Positions 39,080 to 49,737 of a DNA stretch of 64,000 nucleotides are shown one piece after another. The stretch is from Dehalococcoidia bacterium (GTDB taxonomy: Bacteria > Chloroflexota > Dehalococcoidia > UBA6926). The notes beneath the pieces are model-generated. The model was not told the origin of the DNA. It worked only from the letters and a program-made list of their open reading frames with translations, and did not search any database. Position numbers and translations under genes: made by a program. Numbering within the stretch: the stretch's first letter is position 1; each line of letters starts with the position of its first letter. The DNA lies in the NCBI GenBank assembly GCA_963666115.2, contig CAXXET010000004.1, forward strand, positions 192,001 through 256,000, read 5' to 3'.

Positions 39080-40336
39080 CTAGGCAGGCCGCTCCGCCTC
39101 CGGCTCGCCCCCGTCCGCCGACGCCCCCCGCGCAGTATCCTGTTGCGCCTCCATCATCGCCCCGCGCAGACCCACGGATTCCGCCGGTTCGTCCCCCATG
39201 TACAGCGTCCGGTGCGGGAAGGGTATCTCAATGCCCTCCTCATCGAAGGCTTTCTTGATGCGAAGGCGGTACTCGCCGGACACCTCCCATTGGCGGATGG
39301 GCAAGACCTCGCCGAGAACCTTAATCTCGATGGCGGAGTCGCCGAAGCTGTCGATGCGCAGGGCCTTGATGGGCTCAAGGAAAACCGGCCCCCATTCCTC
39401 CTCGTCGGCCATCTCCTGCCCCACCCGGTTCAGCACGGCAAAGGCGTGCTCGATGTCGGTCTTGTACGCGACGCCGATGTTCATGTTCACGCGGGACATG
39501 TCCTTCGTGTAATTGGTGGTCGTGGTGATCGTGCCGTTGGGGATGGTGTGCTGCTTGTAGTCAAGGTCACGGAGAAGCGTGCGGCGGAGATTGATGTCCT
39601 CAACCAGTCCGGCGGTGCCCGCGATGCTGACGACATCGCCGATGCGGTATTGATTTTCGAGCGTGATGAATATCCCGCTGAGAACATCGCGAATCAGGTT
39701 CTGCACCGCAAAGCCGACACCGACGGCAATCGCGCCCGCGGCGACCAGGAGCGGAGCGAGGTCGACGCCGATCTGGCTGAGCGCGAGAAAGACGGTTAGC
39801 AGCACGATGGCGGCGCGGGCCGTTCCGACGACGACGTCTGAGAGCGTGTCAATGTTCTTTTGGATTTCTTCTTCAAGGGTGACGTTGGCGCGTGCCCGGA
39901 TATTGGACTCGACAAGGCGCGGCACGCTGAACGTGACGATGCGCATGGCGATGATGCCGCCGATGACGATGAGGATGACCGGGAGGGCGTTATCGACGGC
40001 GGTCTCCAGCGCCCACTGCCCCACCGCAGACATCGACCCCCTGGCGAGGGAGGAGTAGCCAAGCGCGAACGCAGCGGCTATCTCGATTGTGGCGATGACG
40101 ATGATGAGCCATGCCGCCCGCACCACCATTGAACTCAGATCGGCTTGCAGCCACTCGAATCCGCCGGGGAATACCCGGTCAATGGACCGGAGCAATGCCC
40201 TGATGAGAGGAGGAAGCGCCAGCCAGACGGCCAGCATCAGGGCAACCGCCCCGCCGCCCCAGACAGCGATGAATTGCAGGAACGGCCCGGGGTCGTCTAT
40301 GACAGCCTGGAAGTCGGACAGAATCTCCTCAATCAC
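39080..40336 (-). CDS. Mechanosensitive ion channel (MscS family)
   Basis: VGFAVQNLIRDVLSG, IGDVV, IPNG, GIEIPFP. Confidence 0.92.
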   Translation of the reverse strand: MIEEILSDFQAVIDDPGPFLQFIAVWGGGAVALMLAVWLALPPLIRALLRSIDRVFPGGFEWLQADLSSMVVRAAWLIIVIATIEIAAAFALGYSSLARGSMSAVGQWALETAVDNALPVILIVIGGIIAMRIVTFSVPRLVESNIRARANVTLEEEIQKNIDTLSDVVVGTARAAIVLLTVFLALSQIGVDLAPLLVAAGAIAVGVGFAVQNLIRDVLSGIFITLENQYRIGDVVSIAGTAGLVEDINLRRTLLRDLDYKQHTIPNGTITTTTNYTKDMSRVNMNIGVAYKTDIEHAFAVLNRVGQEMADEEEWGPVFLEPIKALRIDSFGDSAIEIKVLGEVLPIRQWEVSGEYRLRIKKAFDEEGIEIPFPHRTLYMGDEPAESVGLRGAMMEAQQDTARGASADGGEPEAERPA

Positions 40337-40458
40337 CCGCGATGATCCTCCTCACGCATCAATGTAAGTACCTTCAATGATAGACGCATGCGCTTGACGC
40401 CCCATTGCGCAGGGCACACGCTAGTCAAACACAGGGAGAAGAGGGGGCGCCACATACC

Positions 40459-41337
40459 ATGCGCATTGGTGTTGAACTCGCGGTCCGCACACCGGTCAAC
40501 GAACTGGTGGACTATATCAAGAATTACGATTCCTACGGCTTTGAGCGGATCTGGGTGCCGGACGCGGCCTTCTCGCAATGGGAGGTGTGGACGACGGCGG
40601 CGCTGGCGGCGATGTACACGACCACGGCGCGCATCGGCGTCGGCGTAATGGCGCCGTACCACCGGAATCCGGCTGTCATTGCCCATGCCGCAGCAACGCT
40701 CGATCAGTTGTCCGGCGGGAGAGTTGACCTGTCGATTGGCCGGGGGTCGCGGCCGTATATCGCAAGCATCGACGCGGATCGGCCGGATGAGGCCGTGACG
40801 GAGGCGATCACGATCATCAACGGCCTGCTTTCGGGCGAGACGGTGAGCATGGAGGGGACGGCGTTCACGTTCAGGGATGTCTCACAGCGTGTTCAGCCGG
40901 TCCAGGACCACGTCTCAATCGCCATCGCGTCCATGAGCCGCTATTGGCTGGATATTGCGCGCGATACGGCGGACGGGGTTCACCTGTACACCAGCAACCC
41001 CACCCTGCTGGCCACGGCACAGGAGACGAAACGCGCAGCAAAGAATCCCGATTTTGAGGTCACAACCACCCTGGGGTACGTGGAGCCGGAAGAGGTGCGC
41101 GAGTGGTGGGTCAACAACTTTGGCCGCAACTTCAACTTGCAGCAGTTGTGCGGTCGTGAGCCAAACACGGCGAGCTACGAGGATCTGGCCGCAGAGCTGG
41201 TCTTCACGGATGCCACAAGCCTGCGAGAGCACTTGCAGCGCATGGAATCATTCGGCGTCGATGAACTGATGATTGCGTACCGCCGCGCAGAAGACCTGCC
41301 CGCTATCGCGGAGATGGTGGCAGCGGCGCGGGCGTAA
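40459..41337 (+). CDS. LLM-class flavin-dependent oxidoreductase
   Basis: GFERIWVPD, RNPAVIAHAAATLDQLSGGRVDLSIGRG. Confidence 0.9.
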   Translation: MRIGVELAVRTPVNELVDYIKNYDSYGFERIWVPDAAFSQWEVWTTAALAAMYTTTARIGVGVMAPYHRNPAVIAHAAATLDQLSGGRVDLSIGRGSRPYIASIDADRPDEAVTEAITIINGLLSGETVSMEGTAFTFRDVSQRVQPVQDHVSIAIASMSRYWLDIARDTADGVHLYTSNPTLLATAQETKRAAKNPDFEVTTTLGYVEPEEVREWWVNNFGRNFNLQQLCGREPNTASYEDLAAELVFTDATSLREHLQRMESFGVDELMIAYRRAEDLPAIAEMVAAARA

Positions 41338-41346
41338 GCGGGAAAC

Positions 41347-42099
41347 CTACTCCGAAACAGGCTCGCGTTCGGCGGTTGATTCACGCGTGAGGAGGCCGTC
41401 GCGGAGTTCGAGGATGCGGTCCGCCGCAGTCATGATTGCGCGGTCGTGTGTCGCGGCGATGATCAGGACTCTCTCCTCTTCGACCAGGCTCCTGAACAGC
41501 GAAAAGATGGTCTGGGCGGATACGGAATCGAGTTCGCCCGTCGGCTCATCGGCCATGAGGACGGAAGGGCGCGATGCGATAGCGCGGGCGATGCCGACGC
41601 GCTGCTGTTCGCCGCCGGAGAGTTCATAGGGGCGGTGCCGCATCCTGTGTACGAGGCCCACGCGATCCATCACTTCCCGGGCGCGCTCTTCACGGTCTCT
41701 GCGAGACCAGCCCGAGATTCGCAGCGGGAGTTCCACGTTTTCCGCCGCCGTCAGCAGCGGCATGAGCGAGGACGACTGAAACACGATGCCGACGTGCTGC
41801 CGCCGGAGCGCGGCGCGGCCTTCTTCCGAGAGTCCGTTCAAACGCTGTCCTGCCAGATACGCCTCCCCGGCGGTGGAGCGGTCAAGCCCGGCAAGGATGT
41901 TGAGGAGGGTGGTCTTGCCGGAGCCGGACCTGCCAATCAGGGCGATGAACTCGCCTGCGGCTCCGCTCATGTCAACGCCGCGCAGGGCGTGCAGCCGTTC
42001 TGCGCCAAGCGTGTACACGCGCTCGACGCCTCGCGCCTCGGCAAGAATCGGCGGCCCTGTGCCGTCGTGCGACGCGGTGGCCATGGCCCTAGAACTCAC
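41347..42099 (-). CDS. ABC transporter ATP-binding protein (LolD/MacB-like)
   Basis: GRSGSGKT, LSGGEQQR, ADEPTGELD, THD. Confidence 0.93.
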   Translation of the reverse strand: MSSRAMATASHDGTGPPILAEARGVERVYTLGAERLHALRGVDMSGAAGEFIALIGRSGSGKTTLLNILAGLDRSTAGEAYLAGQRLNGLSEEGRAALRRQHVGIVFQSSSLMPLLTAAENVELPLRISGWSRRDREERAREVMDRVGLVHRMRHRPYELSGGEQQRVGIARAIASRPSVLMADEPTGELDSVSAQTIFSLFRSLVEEERVLIIAATHDRAIMTAADRILELRDGLLTRESTAEREPVSE

Positions 42100-42997
42100 C
42101 GGAATCCGACGGGGTCACGACGACGCGATCGCCGTCAACAGTCACCACCGCCCTCTCGCGCAGGCGAATACGGTCCATCAACTCGCGCGGAAGCTGTAGG
42201 CGCCCCATGCTGTCGACGAGAATATATTCGCGGGGCGGCTCCGATGCGCCGTCCTGTCCCGTCGGCCTGAAAGAATGCAGCGAGACGATCTCCGCGCTTG
42301 CGCGTCCGTCCCGGATGATGATGACGCGGTCGACGAAATTGGAAATCTCCGGGTCGTGGCTCACGATCACAATCGTCGTCCCATAGCGGTCTCGCAAGGA
42401 CTGGAAGAGATTCAAGACTGTTCGCGCCGTGTCCGTATCAAGTTCGCCCGTGGGCTCGTCCGCCAGGAGCAAGTCGGGCTGATTGGCGAGCGCGATGGCG
42501 ATGGCCACGCGCTGCTGTTCGCCCCCGGACAACTCATTGGCGTGGTGCGCGGCCCGTTCGGCAAGGCCTACGGCGTCCAGGAGTTCCTCTGCCCGCGCGC
42601 GCCGCTCTGATCCGCGAACGTTGGCAAGGAGCATGGGAAGTTCCACGTTTTCACGCGCTGTGAGATAGGGAACCAGGTTGCGCCCGGTCTGCTGCCAGAC
42701 GAACCCGACTTCACGGAGACGGTACGACTCCACGGCGCGCCCCCGCATGACGAGCAAGTCACGGTCTCCGACGCGAATATCGCCGGCGGAGGGGGTGTCA
42801 TAGCCCGCGAGGATGTTGAGCAGCGTGGATTTGCCGCTGCCGCTCGCCCCGACGATAGCGACGATTTCGCCGCGCGCCGCCTGGAAATCGAGGCCGCGCA
42901 GGGCGACCACTTCAAGGTCTTGCGCCTTGTAGATCTTGAAAAGGTCTCTGCAGACGATGTGGACGTCGCGGGGACTGTTGTGGTTCGTCATTGCCAT
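42089..42997 (-). CDS. ABC transporter ATP-binding protein with AbrB-like C-terminal extension
   Basis: GASGSGKS, LSGGEQQR, ADEPTGELD; C-terminal VDSMGRLQLP. Alternative start at 43027. Confidence 0.92.
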   Translation of the reverse strand: MAMTNHNSPRDVHIVCRDLFKIYKAQDLEVVALRGLDFQAARGEIVAIVGASGSGKSTLLNILAGYDTPSAGDIRVGDRDLLVMRGRAVESYRLREVGFVWQQTGRNLVPYLTARENVELPMLLANVRGSERRARAEELLDAVGLAERAAHHANELSGGEQQRVAIAIALANQPDLLLADEPTGELDTDTARTVLNLFQSLRDRYGTTIVIVSHDPEISNFVDRVIIIRDGRASAEIVSLHSFRPTGQDGASEPPREYILVDSMGRLQLPRELMDRIRLRERAVVTVDGDRVVVTPSDSGEF

Positions 42998-43013
42998 CAG
43001 TATGACTTGCCGC

Positions 43014-46000
43014 TCAGTCCTCGCCAATGCGCAGGGTCTGGCCCAGGGCGAGCGTATTGTACATGCGGACGACGAATGCCGTGGCGGCGACGAATACGGC
43101 GGCCATGAGCGCGTAGACGATCCCGATGGAAACGGCGCTCGTCTCGATGATGTAGGGCGGCAGCACGGCGACGCCGTCCTGCGTCCGGTCGAGGAACGGC
43201 ATCAGCAGCGCGCCGGTCCTCTGGCCAAGCAGGAATCCCGCCCCGATTCCGATGCCGACGACCAGCATGTGTTCAAACCAGACAACGGCGCGAATCTGCG
43301 GGCCGTTGAGTCCCATCGTGCGCAGCAGTGCGAACTGCCTGCCGCGCTCTCCAACCGTGAGGATGGAATGCGCCACGAAGCACGTGCCGCCGAGGAACAG
43401 AACCGCGCCGTAGGCCACCAGCAGCAGCGCGCCCCACCCTGCCGCGACGAGCGGATCGGCCTGCGAGGCGGCGATCAGGTCCCTGCGGTCGATGATATTG
43501 TTGGCGCCGACGGATTCCATGATGCCCCGGAGCGCCTCGGTTCGCTCGTCGCCCGTCAACCCCTCGTCAAGCCGGTACCAGACCTCGTTGGCCTGCGTTT
43601 CCTGTCCCTGGCCGACGAGATTCTGGTGGCGCAGGAGGCCCTGTATCTCCGTGATGACGTAGCCCGCGCCCTCGGTTAGGTTCATGGTGGGGAAGAAGTC
43701 AACGACATCAACGATTGTGCCGGGAACGCGCGCGCTGCCCACGCCGATATCGAGGATATCGCCGACACGGAGGCCGGAGGAGCGCAGAATGCCGGGGCTG
43801 ACCAGCATGGGCAACTGGTAAACCTGCGGGCCTGCGTAGAAGCCGCGCTGGACGAACGCCGTCGTCGCGCCCCAACTGAACAGGAGCGACGGGCCGCCGT
43901 CGCGCCCCGCGCCGCCAAGCAGTTGGAGAGAATCCGTCCGCGTGAGAGGCCCAATCTGTATGACGGCCAGGTCATCCCTGCCGGTGAACCGGCGGACGGA
44001 AACCGGCTCGGAACCCTCTGCGACCGTTCGCGTCATGATTTCGTCGACGTAGAATGCGCCGCCGGACATGCCCTCCGAGCGGGAGCGCTGCACGATTTGG
44101 AGAGAGACGAGGGTAAAGGGAGCGGCGGGCTGAATCGTGGGAACGGAACGCCCCCACGAACGGCGGCGGATCGGCTCAAGGGCGGCCTCGCGGTAGCTCC
44201 AGTCCGTGCTCTCCAGTGCGCCCAGGAATATGGTGAAGAAACGGCCGTTGCCGTCTTCGATGGTGGCAGTCAGGTTGGAGAGAGGATCGGGCTGCTCGGC
44301 GCTCCGAACCCACAGTCCCATGTGGCGGGCGTCGTCGGGCAGCCGAATGCCCCAATTCTCAATGGATTCACCACCGACGGCGTCCAGTGTTTCGTCGAGG
44401 GAGTTTGAGGCGAAATCGTCACGCCACCACGTCACGTTCTTGAGGGTTGGCGCGTCAACAGCCAGCGCCTCGAACCTGTCGGTGGATGACCCCGCAGCGA
44501 AGCCGGCGGAGGAGCGAAAGACGCGGGCGGCAGCGGCGACTCCATCCGGGGATTCGACGAGCGCTTGCATGTCCTGTGTCGGTCCCTGGCTGTTGGCGAT
44601 GGCGGCGCCGACGATGCGGGCGTCCGCCCCGGCCTCGTACCGCGCGCGCTCCTCATAGCTGCGGTCGAGCGTTCCGCCGAAACTGGCCGCGAAAGCGCCG
44701 AGCCCTGCGGCTAGAACGAGAAGCAGTACCAAACGGGTAACGGACAGCGGATTGCGCCCAACCTGCCAGAGGCCGAGCGCGAGCCACGTTGGGGATACGG
44801 GGGCGGCGATGCGCGCGACGAGGCCGCCGATGAGCGGCAGCACCCGCAGCAGGAGCAGGCCGGCAGAGAGCAGGAACAGCGTGGGGATGAGCAGCAAAAA
44901 CAGGTCCGCCCCCTGCTGGCCGGAGAGGGCGTCCGCGACCAACGATCCTTGCTGGCCGAGCTGCCAGAGGAAGATGAGTCCTGCGACGGCAAGTCCCACG
45001 TCGAGGTAGTAACGCTGGACGAATCCGACCTGGTTGGGTCGGACGATGAGGCGCCGTTCCTCAAGGAGGTTGCGGCGGGCGAGACGGAGGGTCGGGATGA
45101 GAAGGACGGCAAAGGCGAGCAGGCCCCCCACTCCCGCAAGGGCGAACGCTAAGGGGGAGACAGAAACGCGCAGCGGACCGCCGTCGCCAAGCGCAGAGAA
45201 TACGGGCAAGAATCCGATGCTCGCGATCAGTCCGGCCGCAATGAACGGGGCGGCGACGGAGGCGGCGGCAGTGACCAGCAGCCCCTGGACGGCGTAAATC
45301 TGGAGCACCTGCGGGGTTCGCGCGCCGCGGCTGCGGAGGAGGGCAGCATCCGCGCGCTGCCTGTCCGTGACAAGTCCGGCAAGGAACACGATGGCGTACA
45401 GCACCATGGCCGTCACGAGGAAGAGCATGATGGCGATGGGCGCTTCGATGAAGCGGATGCGTGTGTCATAGGTATTCAGCACGTCATCGAGTTCGGTGGT
45501 CTGCCGGTAGCTGTCCACGGAGCCCCCGAGCCCGCCGTTGAGTCCGGCAATGGCTCTGGCAAACCGCTCAGAATCCGCGGCGCGGATGTCATACGGGCTT
45601 GTGTAGTAGCGCGAGTAAAAGGAGCCGTCCGCCTTGAGGAACAGCGAGCCGACAGTGTCAACAAGCGTCTCAGCGGGAACGATCACGGGCAGCGTGCTCA
45701 GGAGCGTTGGTTCTCGCACAAGCCGTTGGAGGGCAGGCGCGTCCCAGTAGTGGGAGTCAGGATCGACGGGAACGGCAAAGCCCGTGATCCGGACGTTGAT
45801 CTTGCTCGTCTTGTCCTCCCAGAAGGGAACGAACGGCACGGTATCGCCGATCTCAAGGCCGAGATACTCCGCGCCCTGCCTCATGGCGACGGCCTCCACG
45901 GTCACGACGCCGTCAACCGTTTCGACCGCGCCCGGCTGCGCCATGCTCTCGATCAGCGCGAGGAGCTTCTGATTCGAATTGAGGACGTGGAACGTGGCAC

Positions 46001-46373
46001 GCGGCGTGGTTTCGAGGTCGATTTCGTCTGAGCCGTCGGTTGGCACGAGGAATGTTGAGGATCGGACAGTCAATACTTCACGCTCGGCCAGGCCGTCAAA
46101 TGCAGACGTGACGCCGGAATGAACGCGGCGCGTTGCGCGTTCATAGACCTCGCGGTCGATGCCCGATGTCTGGAAATGGACTTCGAGATCGAGGGATTCT
46201 TCATCAGCGTTCGTTATGGCGTGCTGGAGGCCAAGGTCGCGGAGCGCCTGGGTGTAGATGACGATGCTGGCCATGGTGGCCGCCGCGACAGTGGCGCCGA
46301 TCAGCACGGGCAGCAAGAGGGGCGCGTACGTGCGCAGCCGGCGCAAGACGAGCGGCAAAAGCCTGATGCCCAC
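43014..46373 (-). CDS. Large FtsX-like ABC permease
   Basis: LLRSRGA, RYYLD, ARYEAGAD, FALLRTMG repeated FtsX architecture. Start placed at GTG 46373. Confidence 0.88.
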   Translation of the reverse strand: MGIRLLPLVLRRLRTYAPLLLPVLIGATVAAATMASIVIYTQALRDLGLQHAITNADEESLDLEVHFQTSGIDREVYERATRRVHSGVTSAFDGLAEREVLTVRSSTFLVPTDGSDEIDLETTPRATFHVLNSNQKLLALIESMAQPGAVETVDGVVTVEAVAMRQGAEYLGLEIGDTVPFVPFWEDKTSKINVRITGFAVPVDPDSHYWDAPALQRLVREPTLLSTLPVIVPAETLVDTVGSLFLKADGSFYSRYYTSPYDIRAADSERFARAIAGLNGGLGGSVDSYRQTTELDDVLNTYDTRIRFIEAPIAIMLFLVTAMVLYAIVFLAGLVTDRQRADAALLRSRGARTPQVLQIYAVQGLLVTAAASVAAPFIAAGLIASIGFLPVFSALGDGGPLRVSVSPLAFALAGVGGLLAFAVLLIPTLRLARRNLLEERRLIVRPNQVGFVQRYYLDVGLAVAGLIFLWQLGQQGSLVADALSGQQGADLFLLLIPTLFLLSAGLLLLRVLPLIGGLVARIAAPVSPTWLALGLWQVGRNPLSVTRLVLLLVLAAGLGAFAASFGGTLDRSYEERARYEAGADARIVGAAIANSQGPTQDMQALVESPDGVAAAARVFRSSAGFAAGSSTDRFEALAVDAPTLKNVTWWRDDFASNSLDETLDAVGGESIENWGIRLPDDARHMGLWVRSAEQPDPLSNLTATIEDGNGRFFTIFLGALESTDWSYREAALEPIRRRSWGRSVPTIQPAAPFTLVSLQIVQRSRSEGMSGGAFYVDEIMTRTVAEGSEPVSVRRFTGRDDLAVIQIGPLTRTDSLQLLGGAGRDGGPSLLFSWGATTAFVQRGFYAGPQVYQLPMLVSPGILRSSGLRVGDILDIGVGSARVPGTIVDVVDFFPTMNLTEGAGYVITEIQGLLRHQNLVGQGQETQANEVWYRLDEGLTGDERTEALRGIMESVGANNIIDRRDLIAASQADPLVAAGWGALLLVAYGAVLFLGGTCFVAHSILTVGERGRQFALLRTMGLNGPQIRAVVWFEHMLVVGIGIGAGFLLGQRTGALLMPFLDRTQDGVAVLPPYIIETSAVSIGIVYALMAAVFVAATAFVVRMYNTLALGQTLRIGED

Positions 46374-46374
46374 G

Positions 46375-49300
46375 CTACGCCTCCGCCCCGCGCAGAACCC
46401 ACGCGACGGGCTGGGACACGTATGCCCGCCACAGGGTGGCGGCCAGGCCAAGGCCGGTGGCGCATATCAGCCCAATCACCAGCCCCGCCACCTGCCAGTC
46501 CGGCGACAGGATCAGGCTCGGCACAGGTTCGGTTCCGGCGAGACCCTGGAATCGCGGCACGAGAATCCAACTGAGGTAGCCGCCAGCGGCAATTGCGCCC
46601 GCTCCGGCCGGCAGCGCTATCGACACGTATTCAACAGCGAAAGACACCAGCGCGGTGACACGGGCCACGCCAAGCGCGCGCAGTACGGCGTTCTCTCGCG
46701 CGCGGTCAGAGGCTGCGCCTGCGGCATGAGCCGCGACGCCAACGGCCAACGCGCCGATGCCCCCGATCAGGGCAATCAGTGTCATGCCGCGCCACCCGGC
46801 GGACGCGAGCGGGCTTTGCTGTGTCTCTTCCTGGATGGCGATGCGGTCCACGACTTCGCCGGAGTACCTTTCATCGTTCACGATTGCATCCAAGATAGCC
46901 GTTCTTTCGTCAGGCGCGGCGGGCAGAGAGAGAAAGACGCGGTTCGGCCAGAGCTTCTTGGTGACGCTGACTGCGTTGACGTGGTCAATGAGCGACTGGC
47001 CGTTGGCGACAAGGAAGCCTGCCGAGCCGGGCTCAATTGTGGGGAATGCCGCAAGCGAGCCGACGATGCGGATGGGAACGAGCCGGTCTGCCACGTGCAC
47101 CGCCGCCAGGCTTCCCACCTGCCAGCCGCGATTCAGCAGGAGATCGTCGGAGGCGAGCATTGGTATGGAGGATGCGCCGGGGGAGATGTAGATGCCGCGC
47201 ACGCCGTCGCGCGTATCACGACCCCATGCGAACTTGAGCGTGCCTTGCCGTTGGCCTGTGGATGAGCCGGCCTCGATAACGTCGCGGCGTTCTCCGGTCA
47301 GCAGGATCGGCAGCCAATCGGCGGCCTCGTCAAAGTCCTCCACCGGCGTCTGGATGCCTGCGGCATTGATGGCGACAAAGTCGTCAAGCTCAAAGCTGCC
47401 GGGCGTCCCGTTCGCGCCTTCGACAGGTTCGTAGATCATGATGCTGTTGAGGGTGTAGGGGCCGGGGGGAGGCGGTTGGCTGCCGCGGGAAAGCCGCGTT
47501 TCAAGGAACCGCCAGCCCGAAAAGTCCAGCGCGCCGAGGCTGTACGTGTCCGGTCTCCCGAGCCCATCAATGATCTGGAGCCACAGGAAACGGTTGGCCT
47601 GCGCGCGTTCGGGGTTCACCCAGATGCCCACGCGCTGCGTTCCGTCCGGGATGACGCGCGGAGGCGCGAGTGATTCGTTCGTGATCGCAAGCTCAATGAG
47701 AAGCTGCTCCATGGGCACGTCTGCGTAATCGTCCCGGAATTCCAGCAGTCCGCCGATCGTGGACGGATCGACACCAATAAGCGGGACCAGCGTGCCTACC
47801 TGGATGGAGCCGAGACCCGCCTGGCTGGAGTACGCGGCAGAGGCGTCGCGGACACCGTCAAGCGCCCGATACGTCGCCGTCACCTCGTCGAATGACTTGC
47901 CGTCGAACGCCCGGTGGCGGTCGATGCGAACGTCGACGCCCGCCTGGAATGTCGCCTGGTCTGCCGCAGCCCTGTCCAACGTGCCGCCAAATGTAGCGAC
48001 AAAGACTCCGAGGACGCCGAAGAGGAGCAAGAGGCCGGCGAGGGCCGCCGCAGGCGTGGAGGCGCGGTTGACGCGCTCCAACGCCACGTCAACCGGCAAA
48101 CGTCCGAGGGCGCGGGCAACGGCGGCGGCAATCCGTATCCCGAACGGCAGCAGGCGGTAGAGGAGCAGCAGCGCGGCGAGCGTCATGGCAATGGGCACGA
48201 TGAGCACTGTGCGGTCAAGCTGCGCCGTGCCGTCCGTTTGCGCGACGGCGACGCCCTCCTCGACGCCTCGAATCTCCACCTGCCAGAGGATTGCGGCGGC
48301 GATTACGAGGAGAACGACATCAAGGTGCAGGCGGCGGAACCAGGGAAGATTTGTTGGCCGCGACCGCTCGCTCTGGAGCGTTGAGACGGGGACGCGGGAA
48401 GCGCCAATCACCGGTATGGCCATGACGGCAATCGTGAGGGCGACGCCCGCGGCGAGCCACGGCAGAATGGGAACAATTGGGGCGGGCGTAAGACTCGCAC
48501 CGTCGAGGGCAGTTTTCCACGCTCCAAGCTCACCGAGTCCACGAATTGCCCCGTAGGAAATAAGGGGCGCGAGGGCTGCGGAAACTATCGTTGCGCCGAA
48601 AGCCCACGCCAAAATCAGCGCGACGGTTCTCCCTCCTCCCGCTCCCCTGCTCCGCAGCAGGCCGACAATTCCCTCCGTCGTCCGCCCAACAGTGAAAGCA
48701 ATCATCGTCAGCGCGTAGAGCAGGATTGCAGCGACGATAACGAGAACAATAACGAGGGGCATCCGGTTGCGGGCGACCTCATCCCGGAAATCGGGCAGGC
48801 TGTTCGCGAGCAACGATATGAAGAGGCTGCGCGGCGCCTCCGCGGTGATTCGCCCTTGCAGGCTCGCCACAGCCGCGTCGGCATCGGCAAGCCCCATGTC
48901 GAGCAGACGGTCAGGGTTGACGTAGAGGGTGTCCGAGATGCTGCCGAGTAGGGAAGGCGTCTCCGCGCCGATACGGTCAACAAGGGTCTGTTCAGGCAGG
49001 AACAGGCTGACCATCCACAGGCCGGCATCGTTTCGCTCCGCGTCTAGCCGCGCGTAAAACAGTCCGCCAACCTGGAACCAGTAGCGTTCTTCGGGATCGA
49101 CCGGTTCCACGATGCCCACGAGGACAGCGTCATGAGGCGTGGCGGGCGGGGGGAGGCGGGTGTTGAGGCGGAATTGCTGGTCGATTTGGAATCCGGTCTT
49201 CTCTGCGGCAGCCCTGCCAAGCATGACTTCAATGGGGCCGCTTGAGACGAACTGCGCCCGCCGGCCCTCGACAATCTGAACTTTCTCGTCAAAACCCGAG

Positions 49301-49671
49301 CGGGACGTCAGCGTCGCGATTACGTCCGGTTCGTCCGTTCCGGTCAACGCCGTGCGAATGGAATAAGCGGTTGAATAGACCCCGCGCCGATCCAGCGCGT
49401 CGCCAAGCGTGTCCTCGGCGGCGGCGAGTATGACCTGCCGGGCGGCGTTGTATTGCTCCGGCTCGAACGACGAGTAGCTTGTGGAGACGAGGACATCCAG
49501 GTTCCTGGAGTTGCGTTCAAGGTAATCCTGGAAAGCAAGGCGCTCCACGGTGCTGAGATAAAGAGGGCCGAGAACGGAAAGGGTAATCGTCAGCAGGATT
49601 CCAAGGGATGCCACGAGCGCCAGCGCCCTCTTGCCCCTCGTCTGTCTCCACGCCAGCCGCCATGGCGACAC
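46375..49671 (-). CDS. Large FtsX-like ABC permease (paralog)
   Basis: LLRSRGA, RLHLD, ATFQAGVD, AVLRALG. Confidence 0.88.
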   Translation of the reverse strand: MSPWRLAWRQTRGKRALALVASLGILLTITLSVLGPLYLSTVERLAFQDYLERNSRNLDVLVSTSYSSFEPEQYNAARQVILAAAEDTLGDALDRRGVYSTAYSIRTALTGTDEPDVIATLTSRSGFDEKVQIVEGRRAQFVSSGPIEVMLGRAAAEKTGFQIDQQFRLNTRLPPPATPHDAVLVGIVEPVDPEERYWFQVGGLFYARLDAERNDAGLWMVSLFLPEQTLVDRIGAETPSLLGSISDTLYVNPDRLLDMGLADADAAVASLQGRITAEAPRSLFISLLANSLPDFRDEVARNRMPLVIVLVIVAAILLYALTMIAFTVGRTTEGIVGLLRSRGAGGGRTVALILAWAFGATIVSAALAPLISYGAIRGLGELGAWKTALDGASLTPAPIVPILPWLAAGVALTIAVMAIPVIGASRVPVSTLQSERSRPTNLPWFRRLHLDVVLLVIAAAILWQVEIRGVEEGVAVAQTDGTAQLDRTVLIVPIAMTLAALLLLYRLLPFGIRIAAAVARALGRLPVDVALERVNRASTPAAALAGLLLLFGVLGVFVATFGGTLDRAAADQATFQAGVDVRIDRHRAFDGKSFDEVTATYRALDGVRDASAAYSSQAGLGSIQVGTLVPLIGVDPSTIGGLLEFRDDYADVPMEQLLIELAITNESLAPPRVIPDGTQRVGIWVNPERAQANRFLWLQIIDGLGRPDTYSLGALDFSGWRFLETRLSRGSQPPPPGPYTLNSIMIYEPVEGANGTPGSFELDDFVAINAAGIQTPVEDFDEAADWLPILLTGERRDVIEAGSSTGQRQGTLKFAWGRDTRDGVRGIYISPGASSIPMLASDDLLLNRGWQVGSLAAVHVADRLVPIRIVGSLAAFPTIEPGSAGFLVANGQSLIDHVNAVSVTKKLWPNRVFLSLPAAPDERTAILDAIVNDERYSGEVVDRIAIQEETQQSPLASAGWRGMTLIALIGGIGALAVGVAAHAAGAASDRARENAVLRALGVARVTALVSFAVEYVSIALPAGAGAIAAGGYLSWILVPRFQGLAGTEPVPSLILSPDWQVAGLVIGLICATGLGLAATLWRAYVSQPVAWVLRGAEA

Positions 49672-49737
49672 GCGCCAACCCCTCCCCTCGATTCCCGATT
49701 CAGCGAATTATACTTGTTTACGGGGGAAGTGGGGCTA

